Translations under genes and position numbers: made by a program
In this document: piece by piece, positions 24,645-32,000 of the stretch
How the letters are laid out: every line of letters begins with the position of its first letter
Numbering within the stretch: the stretch's first letter is position 1
NCBI GenBank assembly: GCA_964536865.1
Contig: CAZHYN010000016.1
Span: 1-32,000, forward strand
DNA: 32,000 nucleotides
DNA from: an uncultured Planctomycetia bacterium
GTDB lineage: Bacteria > Omnitrophota > Gorgyraeia > Duberdicusellales > 4484-171
Reading direction: 5' to 3'
Notes under the pieces: model-generated
What the model saw: the letters and a program-made list of their open reading frames with translations, nothing else
The model's database searches: none
Told to the model about the DNA's origin: nothing

Positions 24645-25574
24645 ATGGTTAGAGATACTTTGTTTACTGATGAAGAGAAGCTAAAAGAGGCAATTATAAG
24701 GTTGAAAAAGAAAAAAGAAGCTGTGATTCTAGCTCATAATTATCAGATATCCCAAATCCAAGATGTAGCCGACTTTGTAGGTGATTCCTTAGAATTAGCA
24801 AAAATTTCTGCTAAAGTTGATGCTTCCTTAATAGTTTTTTGTGGAGTTTACTTTATGGGAGAGACTGCCAAGATTCTTTCCCCCCAAAAGAAGGTGCTTA
24901 TTCCTGTAGCTAGTGCCGGCTGTCCACTAGCAGATACTATTATTCCTAAAAAACTTTTGGAGTTAAAGAATGTTTACCCGGAGGCGTGGGTGGTAAGTTA
25001 TGTTAATACTTCCGCAGAGATTAAGGCGTTGACAGATGTCTGTTGTACTTCCAGTAATGCTGTCCAAGTAGTAAAAAATATTCCTGCTAAAAAAGTTATA
25101 TTTGTTCCTGATAAAAACTTAGGATGGTGGGTTAAAAGAAATGTCCCTCAAAAAGAGATAATTCTCTGGGAAGGGTTTTGTTATGTGCATCAGAATTTTA
25201 CCTTAGATGATTTACATAAGCTGAGGAGTAAATTTCCTCATGCGCAGGTATTTGTCCATCCTGAGTGTAAGCCAGAAATTTTACAAGACGCTGATTTAGT
25301 TTTGTCTACTTCAGGGATGCTAAGTGAAGCAAAAAAGTCATCAGCAAAAGAAATCATTATTGGAACTGAAGAGGGTTTAATTTACAGATTAAAGAAAGAA
25401 AATCCTGAGAAGAAGTTTTACCCTTTAAAGAAAGCTGAGTGTGTAGATATGAAGAAGATTACCTTAAAAGAGCTTTACTTAGCTTTAGAACACCAAAGAT
25501 ATGCTATAGAGTTGTCTCCCCAGATTATTCAAAGAGCTCAGAATTCTCTTAGGGAAATGATAAAGTATACCTAA
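24645..25574 (+). CDS. nadA: Quinolinate synthase A
   Basis: ILAHNYQ, FCGVYFMGETAKIL, VSYVNTSAE, VHPEC. Confidence 0.9.
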   Translation: MVRDTLFTDEEKLKEAIIRLKKKKEAVILAHNYQISQIQDVADFVGDSLELAKISAKVDASLIVFCGVYFMGETAKILSPQKKVLIPVASAGCPLADTIIPKKLLELKNVYPEAWVVSYVNTSAEIKALTDVCCTSSNAVQVVKNIPAKKVIFVPDKNLGWWVKRNVPQKEIILWEGFCYVHQNFTLDDLHKLRSKFPHAQVFVHPECKPEILQDADLVLSTSGMLSEAKKSSAKEIIIGTEEGLIYRLKKENPEKKFYPLKKAECVDMKKITLKELYLALEHQRYAIELSPQIIQRAQNSLREMIKYT

Positions 25575-25579
25575 AATAA

Positions 25580-26476
25580 ATGAAGTGCAGAATATGTAAA
25601 AAGGAAGCCAACATAACTTTAAAGAGTTACAATCTAAATCTCTGTCCCGATTGTTTTTTAGAATTCTTTAGGAAAAGAGTATATACTACCATAAATGAGT
25701 TTAAAATGTGCACTCCTAAGGATAGGATTTTGGTTGCTGTATCAGGTGGAAAAGATAGTTTATCTTTATGGCACATTCTTAATGATTTGGGATACAGAAC
25801 CTGTGGACTTCATATTGTCTTAGATATAGAAGAATATTCTCAAAAGTCTTATCAAAAGGTAATAAAATTTGCTCAAACTAAAGATTTGGAGATTAGGATA
25901 GTGAGTGTAAGGGATGAGTTCGGCAAGAGTATAAGAGAGCTTGCTAGGATAGCTAAACGTCTTCCTTGTAGAGTTTGTGGAATGATAAAAAGATATCTGA
26001 TGAATAGAGAGGCTAAGGATTTTGATTGTTTAGCTACCGGTCATAATTTAGATGATGAAGCCAGCACTCTCTTAGGGAATCTCCTTAACTGGCAGGAAGG
26101 ATTCTTAACTCGGCAGTCTCCGGTTTTGGAAGAAAATTATACTCTCAAGAGAAAAATTAAACCTTTTGCTTTTATTTCTCAAGAAGAAATTGCTCTGTAT
26201 GCTGAGTTATGTGGTATAGATTATCTAAAAGAGGAGTGTCCTTTTTCTAGAACAGCTACTTCTTGTATCTACAAAGGAGTTCTGGATAAGATTGAGGAGG
26301 AGATGCCTGCAACTAAGTTAAGATTCTATAAGGGATTTATTAGGAAGGAATATTTCAAGAGAGAGAAGAAGGATAAACTCTCTCCTTGTAAAAGTTGTGG
26401 TTACCTCACAATAGGGGAAGTTTGTAATTTCTGTAAGTTAAAGGAGAAAGTTTTAGAGGGAGAAGGTTCTTATTAA
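25580..26476 (+). CDS. ttuA: PP-loop tRNA sulfurtransferase, TtuA/NcsA-like (Zn fingers at both ends plus Fe-S Cys triad)
   Basis: CRIC..CPDC at the N-terminus, SGGKDS PP-loop, PCRVCG plus ECPFS (candidate [4Fe-4S] ligands), GHNLDDE, and C-terminal CKSCG..CNFC. Confidence 0.75.
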   Translation: MKCRICKKEANITLKSYNLNLCPDCFLEFFRKRVYTTINEFKMCTPKDRILVAVSGGKDSLSLWHILNDLGYRTCGLHIVLDIEEYSQKSYQKVIKFAQTKDLEIRIVSVRDEFGKSIRELARIAKRLPCRVCGMIKRYLMNREAKDFDCLATGHNLDDEASTLLGNLLNWQEGFLTRQSPVLEENYTLKRKIKPFAFISQEEIALYAELCGIDYLKEECPFSRTATSCIYKGVLDKIEEEMPATKLRFYKGFIRKEYFKREKKDKLSPCKSCGYLTIGEVCNFCKLKEKVLEGEGSY

Positions 26477-26487
26477 AGGAGGGGACG

Positions 26488-27261
26488 ATGTTGGAAGAGA
26501 TAACTATCTCAAGAGCAATCATTGATTCTTATTGGAAGAAACTCGGTAAAATTTTGGAAGTGGATGTGGCTATCTGTGGTGCCGGGCCTTCGGGATTAGT
26601 TTGTGCAACCACATTAGCTAAGAAGAAGAGAAAGGTAGTAATATTTGAGAAGAAGCTTTCTATTGGTGGAGGGATGTGGGCAGGAGGTATGTTTTTTAAC
26701 GAAATTGTAGTCCAAGCATCAGGCAAGAAGATTTTAGAGGAGTATAAAGTGAGACTAAGAAAGTATAAAAAGGAATATTACCTTGCTGATGCTATTGAAT
26801 GCGTATGTAGTTTAGGATATCATGCTGTTAAATCAGGAGTAATTATTATTAATGGAGTATCTGTTGAGGATGTTGTAATAAGAAAGAACAGGATTTGTGG
26901 GGTAGTGATAAATTGGTCAGCAGTTGAACTGACTAATTTAGACGTTGATCCTTTAGCAGTGAGAGCTAAATTTGTTGTAGATGCCACAGGACACTCTTCA
27001 GATGTGGTGAGGATTGTGGAAGAGAAGAGTGGGTTGAAACTTAATACTGAGATTGGGAAAAGAGTTGGAGAAAGGTCTATGTGGGCGGATTTGGCAGAAA
27101 GTATGGTGGAAAAGAATACTCAAGAGGTTGTTCCAGGCTTAGTAGTAGCAGGGATGTGTGTCAATGCTGTATTTGGTTCACCACGGATGGGACCTATCTT
27201 TGGGGGGATGCTTCTTTCAGGGAAAAAAGCGGCAGAAATCATTCTTTCTAAGATTAAATGA
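26488..27261 (+). CDS. thi4: Thi4-family thiazole synthase (archaeal/bacterial short form)
   Basis: VDVAICGAGPSGL, GGGMWAGGMFFNEIVV, VVDATGH, and PRMGPIFGGMLLSG at the C-terminus. Confidence 0.88.
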   Translation: MLEEITISRAIIDSYWKKLGKILEVDVAICGAGPSGLVCATTLAKKKRKVVIFEKKLSIGGGMWAGGMFFNEIVVQASGKKILEEYKVRLRKYKKEYYLADAIECVCSLGYHAVKSGVIIINGVSVEDVVIRKNRICGVVINWSAVELTNLDVDPLAVRAKFVVDATGHSSDVVRIVEEKSGLKLNTEIGKRVGERSMWADLAESMVEKNTQEVVPGLVVAGMCVNAVFGSPRMGPIFGGMLLSGKKAAEIILSKIK

Positions 27262-27285
27262 TTTAAACTTATATTTTAATTACAA

Positions 27286-28332
27286 ATGGATAGAGAGAGA
27301 ATAGCTGTGGCTTTAAGTGGAGGTGTTGATTCTGCATATTCTGCTTACCTTCTTAAGAAAGAAGGGAAGGAGCTGGTAGGAGTAACTTTTAAACTTTCTT
27401 TCTTTAAAGAGGAAAATATTCGAAAAGCACAGTATGTATGTAACTTTTTGGGAATTCCCCATCATCTAATTGATGTTAACCAAGAGTTTAAGAATATTAT
27501 AGATTACTTTGTCAGCTCTTACTTAGACGGTTTAACCCCTAACCCTTGCGCTTTATGTAATCAAATCATTAAGTTCGGAAAACTCTTAGATTATATACGT
27601 ATGTTAGGTTGTTATTATTTAGCTACCGGGCATTACTGTCGACTAATTAAAACTGAAAAAGGTGAAATATACTTAGCTAAAGGAAGGAGTATGTTTAAGT
27701 CTCAAGAGTACTTTTTGGCATTAACTCCTAAAGAGAAGTTTAATTCAGTAATTTTCCCTCTAGGAGACTATACTAAAGAGGAGGTTAAAAGGAATATTCA
27801 AAAGGAAGGGTTTTACCCTTTCCCTATCGAAGAGAGTAAAGAGGTGTGTTTTATAGGGAATAGTACCTATAAGGATTTTATTAGAAAACGTATCTTAAGA
27901 GATGGTGATTATTCGGGACAGATAAAGCATCATAATGGGAAAGTCTTAGGAACTCACCAGGGAGTTTATTTTTTTACCTATGGACAAAGAGAGGGATTGG
28001 GGGTTTCTTGGAGAAAGCCTTTGTATGTAATGGACATCCTTCCTTCAAAAAGAGAAGTGATTGTAGGAGAGAGAGAGTTTATTCTAAAGGAGCGTTTCTT
28101 TGTAAACCACATAAATTGGTTTTACCCTCCTTCTAATTATCGGAATTTGAGAGTTAAGCTTCGTTATAACTCCTACTCTTTACCTTGTGATATAGAAATT
28201 TCTTCTCATAATCGGATTCTGTGTATTTTAAAAGACAAAAGAGAAATTCCTGCTCCGGGGCAGTTAGCTGTTTTCTATGATAGAGATTTAGTAGTTGCTG
28301 GAGGATTAATTGAGAAAGAAAGTGCTTCTTAA
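27286..28332 (+). CDS. mnmA: tRNA-specific 2-thiouridylase MnmA (Cys-x-x-Cys type)
   Basis: VALSGGVDSA PP-loop, NPCALCNQIIKF (C88/C91), ATGHY, KEVCFIG. Confidence 0.9.
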   Translation: MDRERIAVALSGGVDSAYSAYLLKKEGKELVGVTFKLSFFKEENIRKAQYVCNFLGIPHHLIDVNQEFKNIIDYFVSSYLDGLTPNPCALCNQIIKFGKLLDYIRMLGCYYLATGHYCRLIKTEKGEIYLAKGRSMFKSQEYFLALTPKEKFNSVIFPLGDYTKEEVKRNIQKEGFYPFPIEESKEVCFIGNSTYKDFIRKRILRDGDYSGQIKHHNGKVLGTHQGVYFFTYGQREGLGVSWRKPLYVMDILPSKREVIVGEREFILKERFFVNHINWFYPPSNYRNLRVKLRYNSYSLPCDIEISSHNRILCILKDKREIPAPGQLAVFYDRDLVVAGGLIEKESAS

Positions 28333-28381
28333 GAAAAACTGAAGCGGTAGATTTGGAAGGGTTTGTCCCTGCAGGATTAAG

Positions 28382-29368
28382 ATGAAGGCAGTCTCTCTAT
28401 TCTCAGGAGGTTTAGATAGTATTTTAGCTACCAAAATTATAAAGGAGATGGGTATAGAGGTAGAAACTATACACTTTTGGAGTTTATTTTCCCCTGCCAC
28501 CTACCAAGAGACAGTTAAAAAGTTATCATTTTTTACAGAGAAACTAGGGGTTTCCCTTCATATAGAAGATATAACTCTTCAGCTCTTAGAAAAGGTAAAA
28601 AACCCTCGCTATGGCTACGGGAGTTGTCTTAATCCTTGCATCGATTGTAAGATTTTAATGTTTAGGAGGGCAAAAGAGTATATGGAAGATGTAGGAGCGA
28701 AGTTTTTGATAAGTGGGGAAGTATTAGGAGAACGTCCTTTCTCTCAGAGGAGAGGGGCTTTAGCGATAATAGAGAGAGAAGCTTCAGGGGAAGGAATAAT
28801 TTTGAGACCTTTATCTGCAAAATTGCTAAAGTCAACTATTCCTGAGAATAAAGGATGGGTTAAGCGGGATAAACTTTTTGCTATAAAAGGAAGTAAGCGA
28901 AGACCCCAGATAGAGTTAGCAAGAAAATTGAAGATTTACTCTTATCCTTCTCCTGCAGGAGGATGTCTCCTTACCGACAAAAATTTCTCTAAAAAATTGC
29001 AGGATTTATTTTCTTACTCTAAAGATTTTGGAGTAAGAGATGTATTTCTTCTTAAGATAGGAAGACACTTTCGCCTCTCCCAGAGAGGGAAGTTGATCGT
29101 TCCTCGCAACGAGAGAGAGGAGCAGAGACTATTAGAGAAGAAGGAGGAAGCAGATACCTTATTTGTCCCTTTAGATGACGGAAGAAGATGTTTAGGAGTG
29201 GGGTCGTTAGATACTGATGATATCCAGTTAGCTACTCGGATAGTTGCTTCATATGTTAAGAGAGACTCTTATCCTAAGAAAATAAGGGTTATCTCTTTCT
29301 GGGGAGAGAAGGAATTAGAGGTAAACCCTTTATCCTCTCAGGAGTTAGAGAGTCGACGAATAAGTTAG
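28382..29368 (+). CDS. PP-loop ATP pyrophosphatase, ThiI/MnmA-related but lacking a THUMP domain; function unassigned
   Basis: SLFSGGLDS at the extreme N-terminus, NPCIDCKILMFRRA, ISGEVLGERPFSQ, PAGGCLLTD. Confidence 0.65.
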   Translation: MKAVSLFSGGLDSILATKIIKEMGIEVETIHFWSLFSPATYQETVKKLSFFTEKLGVSLHIEDITLQLLEKVKNPRYGYGSCLNPCIDCKILMFRRAKEYMEDVGAKFLISGEVLGERPFSQRRGALAIIEREASGEGIILRPLSAKLLKSTIPENKGWVKRDKLFAIKGSKRRPQIELARKLKIYSYPSPAGGCLLTDKNFSKKLQDLFSYSKDFGVRDVFLLKIGRHFRLSQRGKLIVPRNEREEQRLLEKKEEADTLFVPLDDGRRCLGVGSLDTDDIQLATRIVASYVKRDSYPKKIRVISFWGEKELEVNPLSSQELESRRIS

Positions 29369-29386
29369 GTAAAATTTATTTTTTTC

Positions 29387-29415
29387 TTGAGAAATGGACA
29401 AATTAGTGGTATTAT
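29387..29415 (+). promoter_or_regulatory. Candidate promoter (TTGAGA-17-TATTAT)
   Basis: ttgaga at 29387-29392 and tattat at 29410-29415, upstream of ATG 29442. A second tataat lies 5 nt further on. Confidence 0.4.
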
Positions 29416-29441
29416 TCTATAATTATCGGTAAGAGAAGGAG

Positions 29442-30962
29442 ATGGGAGAAGGTAAGATTTTAATTATTGATAATGATGTTGAGTTTCCACAGAAGCTAAG
29501 TAGCTTCCTAAAAGAACAGGGTTATATTCTTCATGTTTATCAAGAAAGTAGAAAAGGTTTAGATGCTTTCCTTAAGGAAGAGTTTGATGTGGTGATGGTA
29601 GAGCTAGCTATGCCTCAAATGAATGGGATCGAGGTTATAGAGGAGATTAAAAAAATTGATCCCGAAAGTATAACTATTATTATGACTACTCAACCTTCTC
29701 TGGAGACAGTTCAAAGAGCAATAAGAGCAGGGGCATTTGACTATATTACCAAGCCTTTTAGTAAAGAGGAAATCTCATTCGTAATGAAAAGAGCACTTGC
29801 CTTTCGCAATTTAAGTGTAGCTAGAAGGAAACTTATGGAGGAGTTAGAGAAACAGAATGTAAGGTTAGAGCGCCAGATTAAAGAAAAGACAAAAGAGTTA
29901 GCTCTTATATACCAAGTAGGTAGAGATATTTCCTCCACACTGAACTTAGAAGAAATTTTAGAGATTATCTTAGATAGAGTGTGTGTAGTATTGAACATAG
30001 AAAAATGTTCTATTCTTCTATTGGATGAGGGTAAGGGAGAGTTATATATAAGAGCTGCTCGAGGTCTATCGGAGGATGTTATAATTCAAACAAGACTTAA
30101 AGTAGGTGAGCCTATCTCTGGATGGGTACTTAAAAATAAGAAGCCCGTGTTTGTAGAAGACATAGAGAAAGATCCTCGTTTTGCTCGAAGAAACTATGAG
30201 AGGTATTATACACACTCTTTTATCAGTGTGCCTTTGATAGTGAAAGAAGATGCTATTGGGGTGATAAATGTGAATAATAAGAAAACAAGACAGCCTCTCA
30301 CTGAGGATGATTTCAGAATCGTGAAAGGAATAGCTAACAAGGCATCTATAGCTGTAGAGAATGCCCGTCTTTATTCTACCTTGGAAGATAGTTATATTCG
30401 AACAGTCACTGCTCTTACTTCAGCAATTGATGCTAAGGATCATTATACTAAGAGTCATTCAGAACATGTTTCTCAGTATGCGGTAGCTATAGGGAGGGAG
30501 ATGGGTTTATCAGACCGTGAGATTGAAGAAATTCGTCAAGCTTGTCAACTTCATGATTTAGGAAAAATTGGAGTCCACGATTATATTCTTACTAAACCTG
30601 GCAAACTTACTCCTGAGGAGTGGGAGGAGATAAAACAGCATTCCTTAAAAAGTGCGGAGATATTGAAGCCTCTAATTTTCTTAGGAGGAGCTATTGATTT
30701 GATAAGGCAGCATCACGAGAGGTATGATGGGAAGGGGTATCCTTACGGTCTTAAAGGCGAGGAAATAAAGCTAGGAGCAAGGATAATAGCAGTAGCTGAC
30801 AGTTTTGACGCTATGACTACCGATAGACCTTATCGTCGAGCACGCACTAAAGAAGAAGCCATTGAGGAAATTAAAAAATGTAGTGGCACCCAGTTTGATC
30901 CTAAAGTTGTAGAAGCTTTTTTAAGGATAGTGGACAAACTTCCTCCTAAACCCAAAAAGTAG
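29442..30962 (+). CDS. REC-GAF-HD-GYP protein (c-di-GMP phosphodiesterase type) with Glu at the phospho-acceptor position
   Basis: Receiver fold (ILIIDND...VVMVELAMPQMNG...IIMTT...ITKPF). GAF region (ILLLDE..LYIRAARG..VPL). HD-GYP core (HDLGKIGV, HHERYDGKGYPYGL, DSFDAMTTDRPYR). Confidence 0.88.
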   Translation: MGEGKILIIDNDVEFPQKLSSFLKEQGYILHVYQESRKGLDAFLKEEFDVVMVELAMPQMNGIEVIEEIKKIDPESITIIMTTQPSLETVQRAIRAGAFDYITKPFSKEEISFVMKRALAFRNLSVARRKLMEELEKQNVRLERQIKEKTKELALIYQVGRDISSTLNLEEILEIILDRVCVVLNIEKCSILLLDEGKGELYIRAARGLSEDVIIQTRLKVGEPISGWVLKNKKPVFVEDIEKDPRFARRNYERYYTHSFISVPLIVKEDAIGVINVNNKKTRQPLTEDDFRIVKGIANKASIAVENARLYSTLEDSYIRTVTALTSAIDAKDHYTKSHSEHVSQYAVAIGREMGLSDREIEEIRQACQLHDLGKIGVHDYILTKPGKLTPEEWEEIKQHSLKSAEILKPLIFLGGAIDLIRQHHERYDGKGYPYGLKGEEIKLGARIIAVADSFDAMTTDRPYRRARTKEEAIEEIKKCSGTQFDPKVVEAFLRIVDKLPPKPKK

Positions 30963-30967
30963 CTTGC

Positions 30968-31192
30968 CTACCATCTCCACAGAATTAAGAGAGTAAAGGA
31001 AATTACTACAATTATTGTTGTCCACACCATCCACTTAGCCTTTGCTGGAGATGGTAGACTTTTTCCACAGTAAAGACAGATGGTAGCGTTATGAGGAATG
31101 GGTTTTCTACAGTAAGGACACTTCTTAAGCTGTGAGAAGTCCAGTTTCTCTTCTTCTACTACTTCTTGGAAGGGAAAATACTCTTCATTCAT
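30968..31192 (-). CDS. Small Zn-ribbon protein with C-terminal transmembrane helix
   Basis: CPYCRKPIPHNATICLYCG (CxxC-x11-CxxC) followed by WMVWTTIIVVISFTLLILW. It is the only supported minus-strand gene. Confidence 0.6.
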   Translation of the reverse strand: MNEEYFPFQEVVEEEKLDFSQLKKCPYCRKPIPHNATICLYCGKSLPSPAKAKWMVWTTIIVVISFTLLILWRW

Positions 31193-31292
31193 CGTCTATA
31201 ATAAGTAGTATACAACTTTTTTCTCTTGTATCAATAGGTATTTACCTTTGAGGTATTTTTTATATAATTAATTAAAGAAAGAGAGATAGTCT

Positions 31293-32000
31293 ATGAGGGA
31301 AAGGAAGTTTATAGATTTATCTATGATCTCTGAAGAGGAACTTCTCAATTTAAAAATCTGTGATCTTCCTCTAAAAATAGAGGGTACATGGCTCCAAGGA
31401 TGTGTAGAGCAGCTCTATCAGGAGTTAGAGAAGAAAGGAATAAAATTTAAGCCTCCCTGTTACTTGGCAGACGAGTGGCTTACTCCTGACGGTGAACCGG
31501 TAATAGGTATCCCTTTTTTCTTAGCTCATCCTACACTTATGAAATTAGAGAAAAAGATGATGCTTGATGTAGAAGGAGAAACTAAGGGCTGGTGTATGAA
31601 ACTGTTGCGTCATGAAAGCGGCCATGCTATAAACTATGCCTATAGGTTGTATAGACGGAGAAAGTGGCAGAAAATTTTTGGAAAGTTTTCCCAAGTTTAC
31701 TCAGATACTTACCGTTTCCGTCCTTATAGTAAAAGTTTTGTACGCCATCTAGAGGATTACTACGCTCAGTATCATCCCGATGAAGATTTTGCGGAAACTT
31801 TTGCTGTTTGGCTTACTCCCGGTTCTAATTGGCAGGAGGCTTATAAGGGATGGAAGGCCTTAGAGAAGTTAAATTATGTAGAGGAATTAATGGAAGAAAT
31901 AAAGGAAAAGCCACCTCTCGTTAAACGAGGGAGAAGGTATTGGCATATTAATTCCTTAAGAATCACTCTTAAAAATTATTATAAGAAAAAAAGGCTCTAC
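31293..32000 (+). CDS. Putative zinc-binding metallopeptidase (Peptidase_Mx-like), 3' end outside the window
   Basis: Hand-translated from ATG 31293, open to the window end (236 codons). LLRHESGHAINYAY (HExxH) and HPDEDFAETFAVWL. Not in the ORF track because there is no stop codon. Confidence 0.6.
   Translation, partial: MRERKFIDLSMISEEELLNLKICDLPLKIEGTWLQGCVEQLYQELEKKGIKFKPPCYLADEWLTPDGEPVIGIPFFLAHPTLMKLEKKMMLDVEGETKGWCMKLLRHESGHAINYAYRLYRRRKWQKIFGKFSQVYSDTYRFRPYSKSFVRHLEDYYAQYHPDEDFAETFAVWLTPGSNWQEAYKGWKALEKLNYVEELMEEIKEKPPLVKRGRRYWHINSLRITLKNYYKKKRLY

Overview
This is an AT-rich bacterial chromosome segment. It has strong AGGAGG-type ribosome-binding sites and tightly overlapping genes, almost all on the + strand. 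It looks like an uncultivated lineage, but I cannot assign taxonomy from sequence alone.

Layout:
(i) 1-1400: a decayed IS256-family insertion sequence at the window edge. It carries two copies of a GC-rich twin-hairpin mini-element.
(ii) ~1400-5300: a recombination-scrambled accessory island. It contains a frameshifted MNT nucleotidyltransferase whose HEPN partner is deleted. It contains two paralogous secreted proteins that share a 5' leader, a signal peptide and a 'TITTYYPxPxGVY' module but have unrelated C-termini (one tail-fibre-like, one with 9 Cys). It also contains an in-frame deletion relic of a further cassette copy, a DUF2204-like nucleotidyltransferase with an overlapping 57-aa ORF, and a secreted M64-like Zn-metallopeptidase.
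(iii) 5400-15030: core genes rplU-obg-proB-proA-nadD-ACP, PGM/PMM-plsC and rpsA-tyrS-PilZ.
(iv) 15100-23050: an extracellular glycan locus with an ABC importer, two paralogous clan GH-A hydrolases and a twin carbohydrate-binding-like protein.
(v) 23160-29370: an Rrf2-headed sulfur/Fe-S cluster with cysK, nadA, a TtuA-like gene, thi4, mnmA and a THUMP-less PP-loop enzyme.
(vi) A REC(D->E)-GAF-HD-GYP protein, a small Zn-ribbon membrane protein (- strand) and a partial putative Zn-peptidase.

I recognised no rRNA, tRNA or CRISPR array. The best candidate for an undescribed system is the secreted-protein/metallopeptidase cassette island at 1.8-5.1 kb. All family assignments come from motif recognition by eye, not from searches.
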